A stretch of 64,000 nt of DNA from positions 27,056,560 to 27,120,559 of the forward strand of contig NC_134027.1 in the NCBI RefSeq assembly GCF_964204645.1. Direction: 5' to 3'. The position numbers and the translations under genes were made by a program. This document shows, piece by piece, positions 1 to 12,200 of the stretch. The first letter of the stretch is position 1. Each line of letters opens with the position of its first letter. This DNA is from Tubulanus polymorphus (lineage: Eukaryota > Animalia > Nemertea). The notes under the pieces were generated by a model. That model was given only the letters and a program-made list of their open reading frames with translations, searched no databases and was not told the origin of the DNA.

Positions 1-10
1 TTAATTGTAG

Positions 11-711
11 TTGGCCTGACTAAAACGAAACGAATGAGTGTACGCGATCTGTTCGCTGCATTCGAAGATAAAGACTTGAAAAAACTGGAGACGTTGACGA
101 AATCAGTTCGTAGTCATAGACGTGAAACGTTGAGACGTACATCGACTATCGATCGCAGCGCACCTCGTTTAGATTTATATTTCACTTCACCCGATTCATC
201 AATGATTGAATCTACACGAGCTACTGATAGATTATCAACACCCGATGACGTTGATGTTGATGATGATCGGCCGGTGTTCTACGAAACTAAACAGCAAACT
301 AGCGATACTAAAAACCCGACGGAAAATGAATGGCCCAAACTTCCGATGGTGAAAGAACAAGAATTACACGAGATTAATGAAGATATGGAGAGAATTCGAT
401 GCGATTCTAAACCGGACTCTGAACCGTATTTAGTTGTGCCGTACGATACTCCTAGTGATAGTAGTCATATATCTACTGAATATTACTCGAAACAACTAAC
501 GACGACTAGTCAACATTCATCACCGGATGGCATTACTAACTGTCAATCAGAACAAACTCCTCCTCTTCCCATTGCTACCGTTACTTATCATAAAGATTCG
601 CGTAGTGAAAACGTTCATATCGAAACATCTCCCGAGAAAGAGAATGTTCACACAGATTGTTCAACACCGACTGATGACGATAAATTCTGTGATGTCGAGC
701 AGAAAATGTGA
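11..711 (+). CDS. Terminal coding exon of an unidentified upstream gene (low-complexity S/T/D/E/P-rich, probably disordered C-terminus)
   Basis: Acceptor ttgtag ends at 10; the frame is open into ORF 34..711 and ends at TGA; AATAAA near 1005. No recognisable domain. Confidence 0.6.
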
Positions 712-2096
712 GATTTATCTCGTTTTTGTGGCTTATCAAATGAGTTAAGTTACACTATGCAATTATAGTAGAATCACTCGCTGCAGTTAAATGAATGGCC
801 TCAAATACATGTTATACAGTAATTTGAATCTCTCAAATTGATCGATGATAATCAATGATGTTTTATTTAATAATTATGAAAATGTTTTGTTGATGAATGA
901 TGTTTCGACTTTTTAATCATGAAATGTTAAGTGCTATAAAGAAATTCATTCGATTTATTTGTATATGTGAAGCCAAACATATGATGTTACAATTTTTCAC
1001 CAAAAATAAATAATTTTATAAATGTCGCCGATTGAGTTAAACGTGTGTTACATTTCTATTTGTTCCAAATGACAAGTGTCCATGGGGATCAGTTCAGGCA
1101 ATAACAAATTAACACTTATATGATTCGATTCATTATAGATATATTACTTTTATTCATTTGACATAATTTTACATATATATACATGTACAATGTACAGCAA
1201 GTTGATAGGGCTTAACAGTTTGTAGCACCAGCGTAAATATTTTGTTCGCAATTAAGAACCGCAATTCAGGTTTTCATGATTTTAAAGATGATAAGTTTGA
1301 GTTTTAGTGACGACCGCTCAACTGAAGAATTCAAGACTCGTTTTTGCTCTTTCCATTTCATGAAGGAATGAATAGAACTGAGGTAGCGATAATTCTGAAA
1401 TAATCAAAACAAACTAAGGGTACAAGGACACCATGCCGACTTGGGGGAAATGCTTGACAAATTTCAATAATCGCTATAATCAAAGAGCATTCAGTGACCA
1501 ACAGTTTTGCAATTTATTGTTGTGCAATACAATATGTCTAGGTATGGGCATCCTCACTTGCCAGGGTTTGGTTGCCACCGCCGACATAAACCCTGCCCTT
1601 CATTGGTCTATTACACCGCCCAAAATTTCTAGGGTCAACAGGTTGCTGCTCAGTGGCCACTAGTCTTATGTATTAAGCCAATCAGATGCGTTGTTTTTCA
1701 CCGGCAGACTTGCTCTATCAGAACCACACACCTGATTGGCTAGATACTCAATGATTTATGAGGATGGATGGACGAAAAGTGAACGCAATAGCCAGCTGGG
1801 ACTGACAAGACTGAAAAACAAGAAGACAAAACTGTTTATGACAAGTACACTACTTACCCATATGTACGTTTTCCATCTTATTTCCCTTATTTATGACCAA
1901 TTTGAGCTAGAAATAGAGATAATAATTGTATAGAACTTGAATACAGAAGATTCCGTGATCGCCTCGGAGCTCGCAGGACTGAATTAATTCTGAATCTGAG
2001 GTATGCAAATTCTAGGTCAGTGATAGCAGGGATGGGTCCTGATCACGGTAAATCTAGATTATTAAGTGAAAATCCGAGGAAATCGACTCCTGGGCC

Positions 2097-2218
2097 CAGT
2101 TTCACGAAAAAGTTTAAGCCTAACGCGTTTAAGTTTGAATTGTCGTCCTCATTGAAAAATATGAAGTAACCAATGGCGATTATACCAAAAATTTGAGTTA
2201 AATTTTTTTGTGAAACTG
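2097..2218. mobile_element. Short MITE-like element
   Basis: Terminal inverted repeats CAGTTTCACGAAAAAGTTTAA ... TTAAATTTTTTTGTGAAACTG. Confidence 0.5.
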
Positions 2219-3859
2219 AGTCGAGGGAAAAATAACTCGTTGAATAATCAAATTGTTGTCACAGAATTATTACCTGAATGAATGTATTACCAACTTTCTG
2301 TATTTCGCTGCTCGCTGCTGTCACTATAGAACAGTAATACATTCAAACAATCATCAGTGTTAGAAAAACAGAAGTTGATCGCTTAACGAATTATGAATCT
2401 AGTCTTACCTCCAAATTTCCATTCCATATCAACCAGTTGATTTACCATCAGTGTTTGACCGAGGACACTTTTAGATAGAGCCAGTAAATTCACTTTATAC
2501 TGAAATACAGACAAATAATATAACAGGGTAACAGGGAAACCCTGTGTAACAGTATTCATAATAGAGCGGCCCGGTGGTTTAGGCATTCATTCAGATGATC
2601 TACATCAATAGGCTTGCACTGCTCTGTAATTCACCAGTCCCGCAAGATCTGAGGTAAGTTCAGTACTGTTGTTATATTTGATTAGATGAAAACACTAAAC
2701 ATTTTGTCAAATTGTGAATTACCTTTTCGGAGAAAAACATTGATTTGTCTTCAGATAAACCTAAAACAACAGAAAACAGTGATAGAATTGATTCAGCAGC
2801 CAGCCAGCAGGCCAAATAGACTTCTATCAGGACCAGATCATACCTAGATTTATCAAATCTTCCTTCAAATGTTCTGGATTCAAATTCATTTTCAGAGCAG
2901 CTAAAGAAAAAGAAATAATTGAATGCTTATTATAACAATTAGAGAATGTTTGAATATTGTGTCAAGATGAAAGGGCAGGTCTCCTAACCATTTGGAATGG
3001 AAAGTAATCCTTTAATTGTATTCTTTAACTTGTCAGCACTGATTCCATTCTTCTCTGCAAACCCTTCCAACTGGTTCAACAGTTTTGTCGTCTGAAACGA
3101 AAAAAAGATGACGTCTTATGAAGGAATTGATTGTTATCAGACCCCCCCTCTCACGACGGCGCCCGGCCACCAGGAGAATGAGACATACCTTACTCGGTTC
3201 ATTCAAGAATTCAAATACAATGTCAGACAGTTCTTTGAATTGCTGAAAATATAAATGTGAATTTACAATCATTGGCATCAGTGGGACGGGGGGAGGGGTA
3301 TTCCGCCTCCCCTGCCCCCACCAAGGCTTAAACACTCACTACTACTGCTTACCTCATGCTGAAATTTATTCAACGTGTTTATATCATTAAACAGCGAGTC
3401 TGAAGGAGTTTTCTCGCTGAAATGAAACGAAGCCATTTTCGCTGCGCAATAAAATTTACTTGATTTGAAGTGAACAGGAAGGAGTAAGATATTTAATTGA
3501 ATTGGACTTTAACCATCACATTTTCTTTCTTCTCTCTATTTTATTATCGTTCCCACTGTTTAAAGTAAGTTCTTCTCAATATAGCGATAATTGTGATAAT
3601 CTATGCTATTAATGCGAGGATGTGGTCGCGATATTTAATTCTCTAAAATCCTGTTTATTTAGAAAATTAATGAAATGTATGAATTATAGTTTTCAATTCA
3701 AGTCAAATCCATACTTTATTACACGCGGTATGAACTGTGTATTTGAGTTTATGGCCCCGGAAATCGTCATTGGGAATTTTTTTACAGTGGGACATTTTGA
3801 TTATTAGTGAGACCCCATTTTCCCACCGGAAGCATAAAGCCCTCCTAGAATTAAGGGCG

Positions 3860-3995
3860 AAATTAAAAAAAAAATTCTTACTGCCCTAACCTTCATCCAA
3901 AAAGTTTTATCAACCCAGGCTTTCTAACCCTAGTTATATCAGGCCAGCTGGGATTTGAACCTGGGTCTCTCACTTGCCAGCCCACTGCCCTAACC
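3860..3995 (-). mobile_element. tRNA-derived SINE fragment
   Basis: Minus strand reads TGGTCTAGTGGTTAGGGC (A box) ... GGTTCAAATCCC (B box), followed by a non-tRNA body; no clean acceptor stem. Confidence 0.55.
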
Positions 3996-4418
3996 ACTAG
4001 ACCATTGAATCATTCATTGGTCATAGAGTCTGGTCAGTGTCATGACTGGTGACCAGTCGGGTATGACTGGTCACAAGTCAGGTGCGGTGACTGTTCATTA
4101 CGTCTAACAATATCCACTGTCATTCTTATCTGACCCGTTCTAATCTTTACGCCTCAATTATTCAGATTTAATCATAAGTTCTGTAATATGGTATTTTTAA
4201 CATACACTTAGTCAACTATCAACCTGTTTAAATTGTAACAAACCCCTCTGAAACCATCTGATTATTTTAGTGTTTCAAATCTTCTGACCTGAAGCCTACA
4301 CGAGCCTCTTATGATGTCTCTCTACTCTGAGCACTTCATCTTTCATTCCCGGAATTAAATTAGAATTGAGTAGTGAACGATTTTTCTTGTTCCACTTCAG
4401 ATATGGATACATTAGTAG

Positions 4419-4502
4419 ATGGCATCTAGAAGAAGAGATTATTTAAGAATCGACGATATACTTGAAGAAGTTTGTATAGACAGTGATAATAATATTGAAT
4501 CG
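4419..4502 (+). CDS. Candidate alternative first coding exon of the TOX gene (MASRRRDYLRIDDILEEVCIDSDNNIES)
   Basis: Exon 4401-4502 is bounded by a pyrimidine-rich ttcag acceptor and a gtaagt donor. The ATG at 4419 gives 28 codons ending in phase 0, compatible with the phase-0 TOX acceptors at 18598 and 22486. The link to TOX is inferred. Confidence 0.45.
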
Positions 4503-4869
4503 GTAAGTTTAAAACACTGAGCAGCATTTAACCACTAACAGTAAACACTATACGCTAGTCATTGAAATAATCAATATATAGTACTAGCAGGAGACTCGCT
4601 TTCGAAGAGGGGGAGAGGAGAGGAGGGGGATTGATGTTGAGACTCTACATTCACAGAGAATCTCCCAAAACTACCAATGGTATAGTTCATTAATCCCTTC
4701 ACAGGGGGAGACATGGTAGCAATATGGCTGATGTTTCTATTTCATTTTGTTATGATTTTAATTAAATCTAATGCCTCCTTGTTATTATTTACATTTCAAA
4801 CTATGCTAAAAACCTTCCAAACGTTATTTAGGACCAAGAAATTGTCACATTAGCATGAAACACTCCACC

Positions 4870-5219
4870 CAACAGTTCTAGTCACGCGGTAGCCATGCTA
4901 ACAGTTCTAGTCACGTGGTAGCTGTGCTAACAGTTCTAGTCACGCGGTACCCGTACTAACAGTTCTAGTCACGCGGTAGCCATGCTAACAGTTCTAGTCA
5001 CGCGGTAGCCATGCTAACAGTTCTAGTCACATGGTAGCCGTGCTAACAGTTCTAGTCACGTGGTACCCGTGCTAACAGTTCTAGTCATGCGGTAGCCGTG
5101 CTAACAGTTCTAGTCATGTGGTACCCGTGCTAACCGTTCTAGTCATGTGGTAGCCGTGCTAACAGTTCTAGTCATGTGGTAGCCGTGCTAACAGTTCTAG
5201 TCACGTGGTACCCGTGCTA
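4870..5219. repeat. 29-bp minisatellite, about 12 copies (AACAGTTCTAGTCACGCGGTAGCCATGCT)
   Basis: Directly visible tandem array. Confidence 0.95.
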
Positions 5220-6071
5220 GTTTGATTGTAGTCAACGCATACGTGATGTGATTGTTGCCAGTCTCTCTAAATCATTGAACGCTTACGTTTATCAAAACCT
5301 GTTTTGTTATGTACATTCTCTGGAATCATTGTCATCCTCACAACTCTATGAAGTATTTTTAGGAATGTATTGTTTTTCTGTGATTGCGAACTTTATGCGA
5401 ACTGCGTGCGTTGAATCTGAATTAAGAGTTGAGCATCTTTAAAACGTATTGTGTAAGAAAGAAGCACTCACTCACTCATTCAATAAGTTTTGATATGAAT
5501 AGAAATGAACTGGTCGTGAATGAGTTCAATATCTAAAAACTGCAGGTGGATCAGGTTTTACTCTTATTGTCCTCATTCTAAAACAGCTGTCGTTTATTTG
5601 GTATCTCGTTTGATACATTAGAAGTGCGCTTCAGGTTTATTGTTTGCGAAAAAAAACTGATTTTTGATCGAAGCTCATTGTTACAGAGTTTTATGTTCCG
5701 AGTAGTTATTTGAGACGCATTGATTTAAATCCGGACCCGGTTTCGCAAACAGGTTCAACTTATTTCTTCATTAAATCAGTTGAAGATTTTTGTTTTGTTT
5801 TTTTAAACATCTTACTTTATTTTCTAATGGAAAGCTCTATTACATCTACCGGTACATCACACCCCCTGGAGTCAGGAGGGGACTGAATAATTGTTACATG
5901 ATAGGCTTAATAGCGATAAGAAACAGCTTGAATAAAAAGTTGTCAAGCTTCGTGTATTCAAGGTGCCTTACAACTTACGAATGAGAGGGAGAATTCTTAC
6001 TGTTCTTGTTAAACGTGGCCTCAGTTGTTTGCAATAAATCATTACCTATAACATGTATCTTGATGATTATA

Positions 6072-6345
6072 CAGGGTGCAATCTAAGCACTTGTCGGATT
6101 GCCCGGGACAAGTATATTCTCATCAGGGCAAGTAAGTTATCATTATCACTTGTCCCCCGAGCTAGTGCAATTTTATGTCACAAAGCTTTTTTTTCAAACC
6201 GATACAACAGATGATGGTGCCACCAATCGGACTGCCTGTGTAGGGCAAGTAGCTTTTGGAGGGGGCAAGCCAAATTTCAGATATGCTTGCCTCCCCCCCT
6301 CCCCCCCCCCGGGCAAGTGGCTTTCATTCCTTAGATAGGACCCTG
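6072..6345. mobile_element. Non-autonomous DNA element (MITE) with CAGGG...CCCTG termini; related copy at about 57089-57285
   Basis: Inverted termini CAGGGTGCAATCTAAG / CTTAGATAGGACCCTG; the internal sequence TTGCCCGGGA..AGTATATTCTCATCAGGGCAAGTA recurs at 57.1 kb. Confidence 0.7.
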
Positions 6346-7261
6346 CTATAGATGTAGATTCTGATGGAATAGTTTTGAGTTTATACTACGTCTCAACAAC
6401 TATTGAAACTTTAATTACGGAGTTTCTGTTATAATACAAGTCGTACGCTCGAATATCATCTCCTCTTAATTGTCAATTCTGAAGGACGTCGATGAGTTCT
6501 GAGAACTTTAGAATTACATTATTCATAAGTACGAGCGATGACTAATTACATCTTTATAATGAACAACCTCGTTATATATTCAGGATATAAATTCATCTCT
6601 TTTCATTCTGAATTCATTTATTAAGAATAATTTCGTAATCGAATAATAGCAATTTATATTTTCGATTTAAGTAGAAAATCCCGCATTAAGTCCAGAAAAA
6701 GATGAAATGTTGTTGTAGAATAGCTCCGATGCACTCTGACATGGAGAATAGATTATTAGTTTAAAACCCACTATATGTAGCATTTTTGATAAATAAAATT
6801 CCCTTTTAATTTTTAAAAATTTTTTTATAGTGCGTTTTAAACTTGTAAGTGAATATATTGTAAAATCTGAAATGTTACGGATCATATTCGAAACTAACAC
6901 GTGTTATTCTGTTTTCTGGACATATTGTCACATTTATTTCTACTAATTAGTTCATCTTGTCCAGAAATAGTGTCCTTTATCTCCGAGCGATTTATCATTT
7001 TCTATCCGTGTTTAGACAGAATGTTTTCATCATTTATAGATTCAGTCGCTTAACATAAAAGAATCCCTTATAGGATTTCTCATTCTTGAGAATAACAAAT
7101 GTTGTCTTTGAATGATGTTGCATTTCATTGCTGTGAACGTTAGAGTCTTATAAATATTGTAATAAGATGATGCAGTGTTGTTTGTGAACAGTGTTTGTTG
7201 ATCAGTTTTAATGCGTGATCTATTCTCGTATAGCCGAGGGGTTCGACGAGTTTGCATGAAT

Positions 7262-7446
7262 CCCAATAGTCTTTCGAGTGCCTGGTCTCGTCAATCCAGG
7301 GTTTACAGGTTCGAACCCTGGTGGTGACAGAGTTTCTTGGTCGAAGGTTCTTCTCTGGTCTCTCCCCTATTGGGAAAAAGAAACAGCGAACCCGCTTATA
7401 AATGCCCTGCATGGCGCTAAGCGGGTTGAGGGTTAAAAAAAAAAAC
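7262..7446 (+). mobile_element. tRNA-derived SINE
   Basis: B box GGTTCGAACC near 7309, 3' hairpin AACCCGCTTA...TAAGCGGGTT and an A-tail at about 7435-7445. Confidence 0.65.
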
Positions 7447-7911
7447 TGGTACGAAATCTACTTCAAAAAGGGACAGATTTTAGTAAAACACACTGAGCTC
7501 CTTGTTGAAAAAGGTACTGAATATTTACGTTTTGATCAGAGGGAAGTCATTCACATGCGATCAACCTGTTTGTGCCCTATTTTAATTGTCATCAGGGATC
7601 TTACAAATCAGGCGATTCCAGTTTTATCATCAGGGAATTTGAATTCTATTTGTGTCTTGTTATTGTTACTGGTGATGAGTGACACGAGGAATCCCTTGAT
7701 AACAAACAGCCATCTCTAAGGATAATCTAATCCTGGAATTTGTGGTCAAGGATCTGGAAAAGTCAGAATTGTGGATTCACCGATCTGTTTGAACCTTTGT
7801 CTTATACTTGTGTCCTTTAGGTTAGGTTTGGACCTGCCTTTGCGAAATGCAAGCCACAGTTTTCTGTTGAGAGTTGTTCCTGTTATTTGGTGAATTATTG
7901 TATCATTATTA

Positions 7912-8158
7912 GGCCATCCCAAAATAATGGTCTGTTTGCCGTCACCCGACCGACCCGACTTCAAAGGTGCCGAGTGACAACTATTTTTCGGTATTCATTG
8001 AAATAGGATTTGTTTTTGATATTTTGTTTCCATATAAAAAAGGTGATAAATTTGTTTTTTCGCCTTAAAATTTTGCAAAAAAATATTTCTACCTACATAC
8101 AGGAATCATCCTGTAAACTTGGTGTTTACGGCAAACAGACAATTATTTTGGGATGGCC
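7912..8158. mobile_element. PIF/Harbinger-type MITE
   Basis: About 30-bp TIRs GGCCATCCCAAAATAAT..TCTGTTTGCCGT / ACGGCAAACAGA..ATTATTTTGGGATGGCC, flanked on both sides by TTA (3-bp TSD). Confidence 0.8.
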
Positions 8159-8556
8159 TTATATACGGATTACTATGAGAGATTGAAATTGGTTTAATAT
8201 TCATATGAAATCTCGTATTTTACTCGATGAAAGGAAATGAACGTCATTTATTCTGACATTATCCGATAAAACCTGATTTACGAGGCACAGATAGAATCGA
8301 GCGCATCAATCTCAGAGTGAGAGAAACAAACACTGAGATATAAATAATTTAATCAATTGTTACAACATGTTTATCAGAAATATCAAAGTAAAGCTTTGAT
8401 TACATCGATATCGGATTGATTTCATTTACTGGTACTCGTTAAAAGTGTCTTAGCTCGAAGGTATTTTCAGATTTTATCATATTTATTTGGTTGTTTTATA
8501 TGAGATACCGACGACTGGGGACAGGATAGAATTCTATTGGTTCATCGCTCTATACA

Positions 8557-8691
8557 GTGAGTGAGTGAGTGAGTGAGTGAGTGAGTGAGTGAGTGAGTGA
8601 GTGAGTGAATGAGTGTATCTCCTCCTCACCAGTAATACGATGCTTTCAATGAACTCATAATAAGCATTAATGATAGGAGAGAGAGAGAGCC

Positions 8692-8722
<31 letters not shown>
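8557..8722. repeat. (GTGA)n, (GA)n and (CAG)n microsatellites upstream of TOX exon 1
   Basis: Directly visible. Confidence 0.9.
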
Positions 8723-9213
8723 TTCAGTTCCACGCGCGCGAACGAATAATTCAAACGTTGAATGTTCTACGAGTTGAAGTCAGTTTCATCAATGGTTTAA
8801 ACAATCGAAGTTCGATGATTTTTATAACGAGAGGAAACTCTTACGTAGGATTCAGTTATGATTCGCTCTGTTAGGATTCAGTAAGGATTCGCTGGATTCA
8901 CTCAGTTTCGGATTCTATTCAGTAGTAGTTCATAGTTGTTTATTCCGATACTCATAAAACAAACAGTGATATATATATATATATATAGACGTACATGCGT
9001 GTGTTTTGATTGGTTAGTGAACTGTCGATTGGGAGGAGTTGTTATTGATTCAACTCATGTATCCACTTAAATTCATCACCTATAGCAACTAGCGCGAGCA
9101 CGCGGGTCCGGATTCAGATTATAATCGTCCTCATTGAACACATTTATTATAGTTGGACTATAAAACAGTTTGAGAATATTTTAAACGTTCAAATAGTTGA
9201 TAACTATAATACG

Positions 9214-12200
9214 ATGATGGATGTTAGTAATAATTGGTACATCGGACAGATGGGGTCCGGGTACCATCACCATCTCCACCATCAGCACCAGCAGCAGCAG
9301 CAGCAACAGGATTATCATCCTTCTTATCAGTACTATAGAAAGGTAAGCTGTTCGATATTATTGTCGTGTATGATGAGGGAGGTTCCGGTGACTTCAATCT
9401 CTAAACGTCCCGTTAAAGCTGTCGTGTTTGTGTTGATAGTTCTTTCACTGTCAGAGACCATTCTTCTATAGCAGGATTCATACTCATCCTGAAAATCCTG
9501 GAAAAGTTATCGAAATTAGTATTTTTTTTTCCAAAGGCTTGGAAAAGTGTATTTGAAGCTATGAAAAAGCGGTCTAAAAATGATGGTCTTGATGATTATT
9601 TTCTCGTTGTTTCAATGCCGAAGACCTATCATTTGTTTTTGTTAACTTTCAATTCTGCCTAAGTTAATATTTAAGCTCATACCTCATTTAGTAGCTATGG
9701 AACATAACATATTTATCCTTGGCGAGGTCTTGTTGTTCTGTCTTAGCGAATAAGTGTTTGACTCACAACCGAGAGGTTGTCGGTTCGAATCCTAGTGAAT
9801 CTATGCAATTGGACTCTGGGCACCGAGAATCATCGATATGATGAAGGAAGGGATCAGAATAAGAGAAAAGGTTATAGAAGACTGCGATCAGTACAAACCC
9901 TGTTCACCGGGACGACTGCGATCAGTACAAACCCTGTTCACCGGGACGACTGCGATCAGTACAAACCCTGTTCACCGGGACGACTGCGATCAGTACAAAC
10001 CCTGTTCACCGGGAATACTGCGATCAGTACAAACCCTGTTCACCGGGAACACTGCGATCAGTACAAACCCTGTTCACCGGGAACACTGCGATCAGTACAA
10101 ACCCTGTTCACCGGGAACACTGCGATCAGTACAAACCCTGTTCACCGGGAACACTGCGATCAGTACAAACCCTGTTCACCGGGAACACTGCGATCAGTAC
10201 AAACCCTGTTCACCGGGAACACTGCGATCAGTATAAACCCTGTTCACCGGGAACACTGCGATCAGTACAAACCCTGTTCACCGGGAACACTGCGATCAGA
10301 TCAGTACAAACCCTGTTCACCGGGAACACTGCGATCAGATCAGTACAAACCCTGTTCACCGGGAACACTGCGATCAGTATAAACCCTGTTCACCGGGAAC
10401 ACTGCGATCAGTACAAACCCTGTTCACCGGGAACACTGCGATCAGATCAGTACAAACCCTGTTCACCGGGAACACTGCGATCAGTATAAACCCTGTTCAC
10501 TGTCGATACAAAAACATAACACTTTCAAAGGATGTTGAGTAACAGTGTTGCAGGTGTTATCTATGTCCAAAACAAGTCTTTAATCATGAGACTGGTCTTA
10601 ACTTGTTAGATTGACCAATAGAACTTAGATGATCTTATATTTTGTCTTAAGTTGGAACTAAGTCTGTGACTGTGTGATGTTATATCTGAAATTTGACTTT
10701 GCAACTGGGTCCGAGGTACCAAAAGATAGTCCCTAGAGGATGTCCGCAACATTGTGGCATTATCATTTCTTAAACTTATAAATTTTGTATTTTTATATTG
10801 TGTTGGAATTATTGTAAAAACACAGAATTTGTATCGATGAAAATAATGTGTGAAAATCTACGACGACGAAAACGTTGTGTTTTGTGTTTAATTTTTTCAT
10901 GTGATGCTCGTAATTTGCGTTATTTTTATTCAGATGGGTTTCTGCTGTCAGTGAAAGGTATAATTACCCTACATCATTAATACACTTATAATTAACCTTT
11001 TAACTGTAATTACTGCCTTCAATTCAACATTACCGGGTTAATTAGATAGAATTGGAGCAATGCTATGATTAGTGATAAAATTAGACTGGATTCGATCAGA
11101 GATATTGCGTGTTGATTGTTGCCCGGAGGGGTTTAGGACAGCTGTCATTCGCGTATCGTCAATATCTTATTATAACTCATTTAAGGCCATTAAGAGGCTT
11201 TTTCGAGTTATCGATATCAGTAGAAGAATCAGAGATCTGTAACTGCAGTTCGGTTTTGAAGTTACAGAGATTTACAACTTTTGATCATGAATCGCGCTGA
11301 TGGTATCCATCGTGATGTGACGCGGTGTATTGTCATTATAATCTATTCAACCTCTTGGCATATTGCCAGTTAGAATAACATCGTGATGTCAAAGCGGACA
11401 AAAGGTTTTTTGTGCTGCGGGTCTCATATTTTTTCTGCTCTCGAGTTTTTGTTTTATATACATGTTCTGTTGATCTAAAATGAACTCATCTGATTTATGA
11501 GTTTTATGCCTCTTGTCACAGAAAACTCATTATAAGAATTGATTGTCTCTGACTCCGGCAATTTGACTTCAATTGCGTATTTGATTTTTCCTCAAATCTT
11601 AATGAGTAAAATAGCGTCTATTTGTTACAGTATTGACATTGATCTGTTTGTCTCGAGATCTCGACTATTAATCTCTCAATATCCTGAAATTTCTTGCATC
11701 TATAAATCAAGTTTATAATGTAATTACGCATTGATGTTTGGTGAGCCAATTTCACAAGAGATCAATCAATCTTTTGTTATCGTTAAAATGACAAGAATGT
11801 ATGAATTATTCCGCAGAAGATTAATTCCATTTTTGTTGAATTGTTTTTGAACATTTAGTTCGTCTTTGTCAACTCTAGCGTATTCTAGATAATTTTTTGA
11901 AAGATGATTTTTACTCTTCGGTTGTTTGTAGACCAATCGTACCCCTTGTTAAAGGTTTGGTTTCATTGCACGGAAATTCAAAATAAAACTCACCCAGCGA
12001 GGAGACGTGAGGGTAAATTGATGAAGTCATCCCAGGGGGGCTTTGAGGGTTCTGGAATACCGTCAAGCTTTGTGTGTGTTCCTCGGAGATGCCCCTAAAT
12101 CCATGGATTTGACATAAAGCGCCCTCATTTGGCATGATTTGGCGCAGTAAGTGCCCCTGAAAACCACAAGTTCGATGTGAAGAGCCTTTTTTTGCCGTGA

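Noticed and set aside
3940-7330. Functional tRNA genes at about 3950 and 7300
   Set aside because: A/B boxes are present but no complete cloverleaf; they continue into SINE-like bodies.
9777-10382. 201-aa and 132-aa ORFs
   Set aside because: Products of a 34-bp minisatellite cycling through reading frames.
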